64,000 nucleotides of DNA from positions 27,635-91,634 of IMG/VR virus record IMGVR_UViG_3300017963_000225; one strand, 5' to 3'. This document shows, in pieces, positions 1 through 9,022 of the stretch (the stretch's first letter is position 1; every line of letters starts with the position of its first letter). A program made the position numbers and the translations under genes. Under the pieces are notes generated by a model, which did not search any database, had not been told where the DNA came from, and was given only the letters and a program-made list of their open reading frames with translations. Origin of the DNA: a virus.

Positions 1-1073
1 TGATAGTCAAGCGGAAAATCAGCCGAGTTTGCCACAGTTAGCTCGGCAAACGAGCCGCCAGCGGCGATGTTCTGCCCGAGAGTAGTCATGGTCTTTCGAG
101 TCATATTAGGAATCGACACCGACTCCCCTGACGAATGCGGATAGACGGTCACACCTTCCAGCGTGACGGTCGATCCAACGCGAGAAAACCCCTTCGTCTC
201 GAAGGTCGCCCCTTCTGGATCGCCGATATACATGATTCCAATCTCTGGCACGTTCTCGTATGTCGAGCCCAAATCAAAAGACGACACCCCTGCCGCGTAG
301 CTCCCCAGGATTTCCGATTTTTTCTGCGGGTAATACAAATATCCTGAAGGATAGTCGTCTGGATCTTGTGGACCCTCGACGGCCGCTCCAGCGGCATAGT
401 CGTTTTTTGTTGGGCTAAAGAACGTGAGAATCGATCCGACCCTAGAAAACCCCTTAATCTCCGTCGGAGACAAAGTGATAAGCCCGCTTATTGGGACGTT
501 CGTCGTGTCCGACAACGCGACCGACAGCGACCCCGCTAAAGCCGGTGCTGCCAGTGTGGTTGACCACGTTAGCGCGCCGAAGCCATCGAAGTGGCCAGTG
601 TTCTCTTGGTGAAGGTAGGTTGTCCCGTAAAGCGAGCGGGACGAAGCGATAATCAATGCGTTCGATTTTATCTCAAGGACGATTTCATTTTTGCGGTACG
701 AGTAAATATCGACCAGGCCAGAATCGAAAGCAGAGTCGCCAAAGAACAACTTGATGAGACGCTCGAAAATGTACTCGATGTTCTTTTGCGTGTTTGTGAC
801 GATTTTTATGAGTTCGCGATATTTCGCGTCACTCATGTTGTATCCACGCAGCCGGAATAAATCGACGTTTACTCCGTGGACCTGGAGGTATTTCCCGGCT
901 GCCGTGGCGAGCAGGAACTGCTTCCGGTACTCCTTTACGTCGTCAGAGGCTTGATTCATTTCGTCGCCCGTTGTCTCCAACAGGATCGAAATGCCCTGGC
1001 CGCTTTTCAGTTGATAGAAAGGTCGCGGGAAATACCGCTCTAACGCTTTCTTCTTGTCGATAAAGTCAACCAC
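1..1073 (-). CDS. Baseplate wedge protein, 3'-truncated by window edge (MVDFIDKKKALERYFPRPFY...)
   Basis: Not in ORF track because it runs off the edge. GTG at 1073 with AAGGTG upstream; frame open to position 1. Follows baseplate J; 'FLLATAAGKYLQVHG...MSDAKYRELIK' resembles wedge (P2 gpI-like) proteins. Confidence 0.7.
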   Translation of the reverse strand, partial: MVDFIDKKKALERYFPRPFYQLKSGQGISILLETTGDEMNQASDDVKEYRKQFLLATAAGKYLQVHGVNVDLFRLRGYNMSDAKYRELIKIVTNTQKNIEYIFERLIKLFFGDSAFDSGLVDIYSYRKNEIVLEIKSNALIIASSRSLYGTTYLHQENTGHFDGFGALTWSTTLAAPALAGSLSVALSDTTNVPISGLITLSPTEIKGFSRVGSILTFFSPTKNDYAAGAAVEGPQDPDDYPSGYLYYPQKKSEILGSYAAGVSSFDLGSTYENVPEIGIMYIGDPEGATFETKGFSRVGSTVTLEGVTVYPHSSGESVSIPNMTRKTMTTLGQNIAAGGSFAELTVANSADFPLDY

Positions 1074-1082
1074 GGATCACCT

Positions 1083-2717
1083 TCAGCTCAGGGTGATGTT
1101 AGCCAGCGAGGTCTTCGGAAGTATGCCGTCTGGAATAACAATGTCAGCCGCTGGCGTTGTCAATTGGAAGTCCTTGACGCCCCTTACGAACCCTAGAGCT
1201 ACGATGCGGTTTTTGATGATAGAAACGCCAATGCCGAGGTTGTTAATGTAGTCGAGAATAGCCTGTTTGACTTCCGTCACAATTTCAGACAACGGCCTTG
1301 TGGTGTCGAGAATGAAGTTTCCAGCCACAGACACGTTCTGAATGGGCGGAACGCGAAGCTGCACCCAACTACCAAGCCCAACTACTCCACGGTATGTTTC
1401 GCGATCGAATCGGTCCCCGTAGAGATTATTGTTGGCTTCATGGATTAATCCAGTGTAGTAGGTCGCCTGCTCCAAAGTTATGGTGTCGCCTGCGGTCAGT
1501 GGCGAATTGAATTTTACAAGACCGTTGTCTGGCTGAACTCGGCATTGGGACAATCCGGTGCCTTGCGACATTACAACTGCGTTTTTCCGTATTTCGACGT
1601 TCGCATACACCATCGCGACATTTTCACCTGGCGACACAACGATTGGCAGGTATTGGAGAGGTATCCTCGCCTTTACTTCCCCGCCGTTGGCCGAAGCGAT
1701 GAGCGTTACTGGTGCCGCCAGCGATTCTTGAGTCGGAGTGAAGCCCGATCCATCGTCAACGTAGAGGATTGACGGCAACGTAGGGTCATTGTCCTCGAAA
1801 AGCTGGACGAAGCGGATTCTTTGCCCTTCAAAACTTGTTCCGAGCAGTGACCGCACGATGGCGTCAATGTTTGCCGAGCTTAACGACTGGCGCTCGCGAC
1901 GAATTCTTGCGCGATAGTCGGCGTCCGATTCCCTGTCGATGCCGTTGGAAATCTTGACGTTGTTGAGAACCTCGGCGTCGAGGAATGGCTTCGAGCCAAT
2001 AAATTTGACGATCGATGCCGAGGCGGTGTTTCCGATCGACCCCAAGGCATCAGCCTTGATATCGACGATGCCGCTCTCTTCTCCGTCATAAATGACAATC
2101 GGCGACGTTGTTTGATATGTCTTAGCCGACTCAGTAGCGGTGGCCTGCGTGCTGACGGTGAATGGACCAGGAAACGATCGGTCGCCAACCGTCGAGAGAA
2201 CGACATCCTCGCCAGCTCCGTGGTCGAACAAGATGTTGTCCGTCAGGCTTTGGAGCTGGTTTCCGACCTTGCTCGTGTAATCGAATGTCTCGAATACCGA
2301 ACTGCCACGCAAGCCAACCAGGACCGATCCGGCGCTGGGAAAGCTGGTCGCATCGACCAAATTAAGAAAGTTGTCTCCGTTGTTAGATCCACCACCGGCA
2401 ACGAAGTCCGCCACCTTAGTGATATTGGGATCGGTTACGGTGACGTTTCCAGTAGCTCGCTCAGCCGCGAAGCGTCCTTCTAGATCAGGAAATTCTGATC
2501 CCGCTTCGTCAAGGTCAGCTCCAATGGTCGTGTCAAGGCTCAACAGACCGAGAGCATTTTCCATCTCGACGTACAGCTCAAAAATTTGATCGGAAACCGC
2601 AAACAAGAAATTGTCTACGACTTCTCCGAGTGACGAGCTGGTCACAGGAGCCAATGCGAGGACATTCGCCGACATTTCGGCGTAAATTTGGCTTCTTTGC
2701 CTCGGATTGAAAACCAT
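1083..2717 (-). CDS. Baseplate J-like wedge protein
   Basis: 'GADLD...R..AERATGNV', 'GSIGN', 'NGIDRESDADYRARI', 'YINNLGIGVSI' are typical baseplate-J motifs; synteny. Confidence 0.9.
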   Translation of the reverse strand: MVFNPRQRSQIYAEMSANVLALAPVTSSSLGEVVDNFLFAVSDQIFELYVEMENALGLLSLDTTIGADLDEAGSEFPDLEGRFAAERATGNVTVTDPNITKVADFVAGGGSNNGDNFLNLVDATSFPSAGSVLVGLRGSSVFETFDYTSKVGNQLQSLTDNILFDHGAGEDVVLSTVGDRSFPGPFTVSTQATATESAKTYQTTSPIVIYDGEESGIVDIKADALGSIGNTASASIVKFIGSKPFLDAEVLNNVKISNGIDRESDADYRARIRRERQSLSSANIDAIVRSLLGTSFEGQRIRFVQLFEDNDPTLPSILYVDDGSGFTPTQESLAAPVTLIASANGGEVKARIPLQYLPIVVSPGENVAMVYANVEIRKNAVVMSQGTGLSQCRVQPDNGLVKFNSPLTAGDTITLEQATYYTGLIHEANNNLYGDRFDRETYRGVVGLGSWVQLRVPPIQNVSVAGNFILDTTRPLSEIVTEVKQAILDYINNLGIGVSIIKNRIVALGFVRGVKDFQLTTPAADIVIPDGILPKTSLANITLS

Positions 2718-2722
2718 GGCGT

Positions 2723-4807
2723 TTAACCTACCTTTTGTGTCTGGATGATCGGATCTTGGAGATTTTTCACAAAAACAGCCATAGTCACAAGGAGTGCTCC
2801 CTCGGATTGTTGGGCCGAAATCACCTGGCTTGCAACAATGCGACCGTCTCCAATAAACAACCCGCGTCCTTCCGCTTTTATGACCGCCTCTGTCACACCA
2901 TCAGAAAGACCAATGTAATTTGAAAACCCAATACGCCTTGACCTACGATAGGTCCCCTTCTTAGAAACCATCCGAAACCGAATGAACTGGCCGAGATTGA
3001 GTATCGAGTAGACGAGACGAATGTCGTCAGAAGTCCATTCGATATCGCCAGTTTGTTCGTTGATTAAGATGTCGTTGCCGAGCGAACGTTCAAATGGAGT
3101 CAGCGAAACAGACACGCCTGTCTCATTTCTGAAACGACGCTGCCCATCCTCGCCTGGAGGAGTGTCCTTCGGCACCGGATAGACAATCGGCTTGCCGTAA
3201 GCAATAACCGTGTCTTTTAACTCCGGGTGCGCGTCAATGTACGCCTGGTCAGCGACATACGGATATCGCAAGTTGTTAAGCAGCACCAGCTCGACCCAGC
3301 GACCAGGATCTCCGAGAAGCTTGGCTGCGATCGTTTGGATATCATCGTTCAAACCGACGACAGCCGTCCTGAAGTCGCTGTTAGCAGGATCGATATTTGC
3401 GAGCGTGATGCCTGCGCTGACCTCCCAATTGAACTGGCTAAGTGCCGTCGAAAACTCGGGCGCAATCAAGACAGCCGGATCAAAACTGCTCGACGGCGTA
3501 ATGGCCACGGACGAGTTTGGATTTTCCTCGATGCTCGTTGCAGAGCCAACGCTGGTGTCAGACGTTTCCTGTGCTTTTGGCTTGTCGTCAGCAGCGGCGG
3601 CTTCCGAAGGCTTCGTGGTCGTGAGGCCGCCAGCGGCCTGTGCTTCGGTTGGATCGACCGGCCTGCCATCAGGCAAGCTCCACGCACTTTGTTGCCTTCG
3701 CCTTTTTTTGCGGATTTTCTTGGCGTAGTCGGAAGGCTGAATGTTGTAGAGCTTGTCCAGCTTCAGCGTAAAGACAACCGCCCGCTCAGCCTTTATGATT
3801 GCATTGACGAGGGCGCTTCCTGCTCCTGCTGCTTCCAGTGCAGCAGCAGTCGAACGCAGGTTGGCGATGATTGACTTAGTACTATCACGCTTGAAGTTGA
3901 CAAGGTTCGGCAGGCGCCTGGCTTTAAGGTCAGCGTAGGATTGTGCCAACGAGTTAAGAGGTGCCAGTGTGTTATTGGCAAATCCATCGATAACGGCACT
4001 AATTTGACCAGCGACAAGGTTGACCCTATCCACTGTTTCCGAAAGTCGTTGAGTCACCGTGTCGAAAAGTTCAAATCCAGGAATTGACCCCATGATTTGT
4101 TCAACAAGGCTCTTTGAATCACTTCCATCGTATGGGTAGAGCGTTTCAAGAACAATTGTGTAAGAAAAACTGTTGTTGTGCTCGATAGCGTCTTCTCGCA
4201 CAAACTGCTTGGGCTCGACCACCCAAGCATCCTCGGTGCGACGATTGACATACACAAGAGAAAGACCCTTCGACAAATTTCCGAATCGCTTCAGAAATTT
4301 GTATCGACGGAACAGCGTTTCGAGAAACTTGATGCTTTCTAATCCAGATCCGATGCCGCTGTCCGGCAGCCTTTCGCGCTTATTGTTTGGATAAAGCCCG
4401 CACTGTCCTTGAATCACGATGTCGTTCATGACACCGCCTTCCGAGTTAACGAGCTTGCCGCCACCCTGCGTCACATTAGTTGTGCTCGCATGAGGCTCCG
4501 TCACCGTCTCCCTCTGCGGGTTTATGTTGAACGGTATTTGCACAACGGTGTCGTTGTATTTCAGAAGGAAGAAGTAGTCGCGAGTGGACTTGTCGCGAGT
4601 GCCTTTCCACAAGCGCCGATCGGTCGGCGTCTCGCCATACTGCTTAAAGGTACTTTCCGTCTGCTTAAAGAGCTGGCTGAAGCGGTCCTGACCGAAAAGG
4701 CCGAGCACAGCGTCGGCCGTCTCGGGACTAAGGATGGCGCCGGCAGCTCCAACCGCCGTAGCGACGCCAGCCAATGCTTGAGTCGGTGTTCCTACTCCAA
4801 TTGCCAT
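2723..4807 (-). CDS. Multidomain baseplate protein (tube-initiator-like N-terminus, LysM-like middle, gp25-like C-terminus)
   Basis: N-term 'IPFNINPQRETVTEP'; 'DDIQTIAAKLLGDPGRWVELVLLNNLRYPY' (LysM-like); C-term 'DIRLVYSILNLGQFIRFRM..KKG' (gp25-like) directly before baseplate J. Confidence 0.65.
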   Translation of the reverse strand: MAIGVGTPTQALAGVATAVGAAGAILSPETADAVLGLFGQDRFSQLFKQTESTFKQYGETPTDRRLWKGTRDKSTRDYFFLLKYNDTVVQIPFNINPQRETVTEPHASTTNVTQGGGKLVNSEGGVMNDIVIQGQCGLYPNNKRERLPDSGIGSGLESIKFLETLFRRYKFLKRFGNLSKGLSLVYVNRRTEDAWVVEPKQFVREDAIEHNNSFSYTIVLETLYPYDGSDSKSLVEQIMGSIPGFELFDTVTQRLSETVDRVNLVAGQISAVIDGFANNTLAPLNSLAQSYADLKARRLPNLVNFKRDSTKSIIANLRSTAAALEAAGAGSALVNAIIKAERAVVFTLKLDKLYNIQPSDYAKKIRKKRRRQQSAWSLPDGRPVDPTEAQAAGGLTTTKPSEAAAADDKPKAQETSDTSVGSATSIEENPNSSVAITPSSSFDPAVLIAPEFSTALSQFNWEVSAGITLANIDPANSDFRTAVVGLNDDIQTIAAKLLGDPGRWVELVLLNNLRYPYVADQAYIDAHPELKDTVIAYGKPIVYPVPKDTPPGEDGQRRFRNETGVSVSLTPFERSLGNDILINEQTGDIEWTSDDIRLVYSILNLGQFIRFRMVSKKGTYRRSRRIGFSNYIGLSDGVTEAVIKAEGRGLFIGDGRIVASQVISAQQSEGALLVTMAVFVKNLQDPIIQTQKVG

Positions 4808-4858
4808 TTCGCCATCTCCTCACACTGATTCTATATCAAGCTGTCACATTAACGAGCA

Positions 4859-5275
4859 TCATTCGATGCTTGTTTCGATCACAATTTCTGGAAGCGGTAA
4901 TCCTGGTATTTCCGGCAGCGTTGGCAGCGCGACTGAAGGCAAAGACGGGAGACTTGGAATCTCGATGCCGAGTGGAGGAGGAAAACCAATCGACGGCAAC
5001 GCCAGGGTCGGAAGCGTCACGCCAGGTATGCTTGGAAGTGACGGCAGTGATGGCAGTTGAATGCCAATCGGAGGAGGAAATCCTATGCTCGGAAGCGCCA
5101 AGGTCGGCAACGTCACTCCGGGAATACTCGGCAAGCTTGGAAGAGATGGCAATTCGATGCCGAGCGGTGGCGGAAATGCGATGCCAGGAAGCGTCGGAAT
5201 AGGTATGCGCTGCTCTAGCGAAAAGACAACGCGAGTAGCGTATTTGCCGGTAACTTTTGTGACGAGAACGCTCAT
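4859..5275 (-). CDS. Pro/Leu/Ser-rich tandem-repeat protein
   Basis: ATGA overlap with upstream gene; about 3 copies of a 32-aa unit GIELPSLPSLPSIPGVTLPTLALPSIGFPPPI. Confidence 0.7.
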   Translation of the reverse strand: MSVLVTKVTGKYATRVVFSLEQRIPIPTLPGIAFPPPLGIELPSLPSLPSIPGVTLPTLALPSIGFPPPIGIQLPSLPSLPSIPGVTLPTLALPSIGFPPPLGIEIPSLPSLPSVALPTLPEIPGLPLPEIVIETSIE

Positions 5276-5913
5276 TGAACGTCCGTTGTAAACATGAGCG
5301 GCGCTGGTGTTGGCGCAGAAGAATCGACGCCATCCAAATCAAACTTTAGCGCCAGGAATGCCTCGTACAGAAGGATTGGCATTTGCGGTGGGACGCGCAC
5401 AATCGGTGGAACTGCTGTCGCGAATGGATCAGGCACTGGAGGCGTCAAAATATCGCCGTATGAGCTATTGGCAAGCGGAGCACTAAGCAATCCACTGAGA
5501 AGGTCCGCGTAAGCCGAATCAAGAGCGGCAGGATTGACGACCACTGCCGGCGGCGCCGAATAAAGGCTCGTCGGTGGGCTCGGCGGCGTCGTGATTGACG
5601 TGCCGGCAGGAATAACGAGGGTCCCGGCAAGGATGCCGGCCTTCCAGGCATCGGCCAGCTTAGTCCGGCCAGGCACTGGATCGCTCGATGCAGGAAAACC
5701 CGAGGATAGCACTGCTAGAGCTGCGGCCGTGCCAAACGTGAATATGGCCGTCCCTGGACCCGGCAAAAGGATTGGTGGCTGCTTGGGCTCAAGCTTGCCG
5801 GTCGAGTGGTCGCCCATGAAGTTGGCAATCGCCGCGCCGGCCGCCGTGCCGGTCGGATCAAGCGGCAGGTCGTCCCAATCAAGCTGGAAGGTGTCTTGAG
5901 GATCTAAGCTCAT
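5272..5913 (-). CDS. Pro/Ala-rich putative baseplate or spike-associated protein
   Basis: Coupled by 4-nt overlaps to the spike gene and the next gene; function inferred from position only. Confidence 0.6.
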   Translation of the reverse strand: MSLDPQDTFQLDWDDLPLDPTGTAAGAAIANFMGDHSTGKLEPKQPPILLPGPGTAIFTFGTAAALAVLSSGFPASSDPVPGRTKLADAWKAGILAGTLVIPAGTSITTPPSPPTSLYSAPPAVVVNPAALDSAYADLLSGLLSAPLANSSYGDILTPPVPDPFATAVPPIVRVPPQMPILLYEAFLALKFDLDGVDSSAPTPAPLMFTTDVQ

Positions 5914-7040
5914 ACGTTAGCCCTTAACAGCACGTACTCGGCCTTGACGGACGTTGCCGGCGATGCCTCGGCAAGCGCCAGCGTGCTAGGCGGCAGCGGC
6001 GGTCCGCTCGGTCCAACACCCGTAGCATGCGTGTGGCCGTCGAATACCGTCTTCAGATTCTCGTAAACTGTCGCATGAAAAACTGCTGCCGTGCCGAGGT
6101 TGACGGTGCCGCATTCGAGCGTGCAGCTCGGTGCTGAGACGATCACATTTTTACCGGCTGTGAGCTGAAGCGTGTCGTCCTTCAGGTTGATGATGTTGGC
6201 GCCAGTCTTATCGACCAGAACGATGTCGTCTTTGAGCGTGATGAGCGATCCCTGGCTTGACGCCACCGAAGCGGTTTTGTTGGCCGCGTCGAGGTAAACC
6301 GTGTCGCCTTCGCTGTCGGCAATCAGCACGTTGCCGTCCTTGTCCATCTTGACAAGCGACCCTTTAAGGTGAGTTATCGTCACTTCCTCGGCGCCATCGG
6401 TCATGTCAAAGACGAACAGGTGCCCGGCTTCGTCCTTATTGGTGAAGTTGAGCGCAAATTTCTTCGACCGCTTGACCTCGGATTTGTCCTGGCCGATCAC
6501 GTCGGTCGTGTCAAAGATGACATTGCCGTCTTTGTCGATTGTGAGGTTGGTGCCGTTAATTCTGAGCTTGAATTGTTTTTTATCGTCCTTCTTAGGACGC
6601 GGTGATGGACACACCCCGGCGACACCGGCCTGAAAATGAGGATAAATCGCCGTGATGATGGGACGCGCAACGTCGCCCATAAGAAACTGCACCACTGCCG
6701 TGTCGCCGTTTGTGAGCTTCCGATCCTGAATCAACTCATCGAACTCTGAATCATCGACGTTTTTAGTGCCGTCGTGTATGGGGAAATGGATGTAGTTGTC
6801 GGCGCCGCCACACGCGACCATTACCGGCACGCGCTGAAGCGTGATTCCCATTTCCTCGACAAGTAGGTCACATAAAACACGCGACCCTTCGCGATTCTCC
6901 TCATCGTCGGTGTCGTAGACTTTTACTACTTGCGCCAGTACCGGATAATGAATGCGATAGGCGCCTTCACCAGAAGTGTCACGCGGCCTGAAAACCAGCC
7001 CATCTTGTCGGATTGTTCCATCGTTAAGAATATCATTCAT
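5910..7040 (-). CDS. Baseplate central spike (gpV/Gp5-like)
   Basis: N-terminal OB-fold-like region ('GDTAVVQFLMGDVARPII'), beta-repeat stalk, C-terminal HxH tip motif 'FDGHTHATGVGPSGPP'. Confidence 0.85.
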   Translation of the reverse strand: MNDILNDGTIRQDGLVFRPRDTSGEGAYRIHYPVLAQVVKVYDTDDEENREGSRVLCDLLVEEMGITLQRVPVMVACGGADNYIHFPIHDGTKNVDDSEFDELIQDRKLTNGDTAVVQFLMGDVARPIITAIYPHFQAGVAGVCPSPRPKKDDKKQFKLRINGTNLTIDKDGNVIFDTTDVIGQDKSEVKRSKKFALNFTNKDEAGHLFVFDMTDGAEEVTITHLKGSLVKMDKDGNVLIADSEGDTVYLDAANKTASVASSQGSLITLKDDIVLVDKTGANIINLKDDTLQLTAGKNVIVSAPSCTLECGTVNLGTAAVFHATVYENLKTVFDGHTHATGVGPSGPPLPPSTLALAEASPATSVKAEYVLLRANV

Positions 7041-9022
7041 GCGATTGTTCCAAATTGAGCGGAAATATCAGCAGCCGATTGCGCACTCGTGATTTCTTCC
7101 TCGTTAGACACCCCGGTGAGTTTGTACCTAATGCCGCGTACTACAGTCAGAGTAGTTCTGATCGGTTGTCCAATCGACCAATCATCGGCAACACCCTGCA
7201 CGTAAAACAGCTCCAATTTTGGGTAAGGATTTTCTGGAGTGATGCGGGTTTCAAGGTACTTGCAGACTATTCCGAGCCGCGCCTCTTTCAAAAAGCGACA
7301 AACCAAGCGTCCGTTTAGAAACGCCGGATTCATGAAATACCAGTTGGCCAATGTCTTCCCGAACTCAACCGCGAAACGATCGGCACTTTCCGGTTGTTCT
7401 TTGTTAGGTGAAGGCTCGACGTAATTTGTAGACAGCTCGACCATGCGGAAACCGTAGGTTTTGGCGCTATCAACGTCGATATGGAAACCACCGAGAGAGG
7501 TTACAAGTAGTCGCCTGTCGTCGTTGGCGTCGTACTTTCCAATGACCATCCAGCCGTTCTGACGGTCAGCATTAGAAAGACCGACCTCATAATCAAGCAG
7601 CATCGGAGTGGCTTCGGTTTCGATGTACTTGTCGATATCAGATCCCGTGTCTGACTCAAACGTAGGAAAGGCCATGGGGCCGTACACCATAATGTCGTTG
7701 CCATCATCCATCAGCTCGAAATAGTCGGCGCCGAATTCTTCCTGCATTTCAGCCGATCCAGAAAAATCCGACAGTTTCGCGGCGTATGGCTTCACGTAGT
7801 CAGCGACGTTGAACATCATCTCTGAGGTGATGTCGAGTGGACGCTGGCGCATACAGAAACTCGGCGCTGGCAATCCGTCTCTTCCGTTTCTTCCGCCTTC
7901 AACATCGCCATTAGGGCAAAGGTCGAAGAAGAACTCGTTAAAGCCTGGATTTTGCAAGTTTCGGATCATATCGAACAGGCCGGATGTGGAGCTGTTCAGG
8001 AAATTTTTGAAAAAGTTTCCGCCGTATGTTTGGTAGAGGCTTCTTAAGGAAATGACTGACAACGGCGATTGATCGCTAATGCTGCCTGACTCCGCAGCCA
8101 ATGCTTGAAGTTTTGAAAACGCACTGCCAGAAGGTGGCGTTTTGTTTCCGCGAGAACTGGCGATTTTCTTGTTAAACTCATCAAGCCTCTCTTGAGCCAG
8201 CTCAGTATTTTCTTGAAGCACTCCATCAAGGTCGAGGTCGTCGATGAGTTTTTGCGGCAGCTTCCATTGCGGGAATGGCACCGAGGTCAAGCAAATTACC
8301 AAAATTTGCTTCACGAGGTCGGTGGCTGATCCGATGAGTTTAAGGTCCGTGCCGGCGAAGATGCTGATTGCGTTCATGCCGTCAATGTATGGGTTATAGT
8401 AAAGCGAAATGTCTTGAATGATGGCTCCGAGGGAACGCCCGCTAACCTGGAAGCTGGCTGTATAGCCCTGGTCCTTGTTGCCGGGGGACTTCGTTCGAGA
8501 AATGCGATCGACCTTGCCGATGAAACGCTCCTGCATGACAAGGACGTTCATCTTGCGCCCCTGTCCAGGAATGGTGACGTTCCCACTCACTAACGGACCA
8601 AGGTTTGGCAACGGCACGAAGACTTTCCCGACATCGCCAGCGGGCTCTGTTGCGGCGATATCGCCACTTTCATTGGCCGATTGTTTCAGCGAACTGGTGG
8701 CGAAGTTGTATGCAAGCTCGCCGTCAGCGGACAACGTGGCGATTTGATCTCCCATGAATATCCGAACGAAGTCGTCCGGCTGTATTAGCTCGTCCCACGG
8801 CTCGCTGGCATTGAGGGTGAAGTTGAAGCTGCCGCCGACCTCGGTGATAGTGCGATCAGTCGTGCATGCGGTGACTTCCCAAAAGAGGTCGCGCACCTCG
8901 CGGCCGTCATTGCCGTTTGGGTAAAGGCGAATACCAACGCCAGCCTGCTGCTGGTAAACGTGTTTTGCGTGCGTGTTAGTTGGTTTTCCTGAAACACTAA
9001 ACAGGCTACTGATGCCAGCCAT
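7037..9022 (-). CDS. Baseplate hub / tail protein
   Basis: 661 aa between tape measure and spike; 'FQVSGRSLG', 'FNEFFFD', 'FYVQGVADDW...TTLTVVRG' are hub-like. Confidence 0.75.
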   Translation of the reverse strand: MAGISSLFSVSGKPTNTHAKHVYQQQAGVGIRLYPNGNDGREVRDLFWEVTACTTDRTITEVGGSFNFTLNASEPWDELIQPDDFVRIFMGDQIATLSADGELAYNFATSSLKQSANESGDIAATEPAGDVGKVFVPLPNLGPLVSGNVTIPGQGRKMNVLVMQERFIGKVDRISRTKSPGNKDQGYTASFQVSGRSLGAIIQDISLYYNPYIDGMNAISIFAGTDLKLIGSATDLVKQILVICLTSVPFPQWKLPQKLIDDLDLDGVLQENTELAQERLDEFNKKIASSRGNKTPPSGSAFSKLQALAAESGSISDQSPLSVISLRSLYQTYGGNFFKNFLNSSTSGLFDMIRNLQNPGFNEFFFDLCPNGDVEGGRNGRDGLPAPSFCMRQRPLDITSEMMFNVADYVKPYAAKLSDFSGSAEMQEEFGADYFELMDDGNDIMVYGPMAFPTFESDTGSDIDKYIETEATPMLLDYEVGLSNADRQNGWMVIGKYDANDDRRLLVTSLGGFHIDVDSAKTYGFRMVELSTNYVEPSPNKEQPESADRFAVEFGKTLANWYFMNPAFLNGRLVCRFLKEARLGIVCKYLETRITPENPYPKLELFYVQGVADDWSIGQPIRTTLTVVRGIRYKLTGVSNEEEITSAQSAADISAQFGTIA

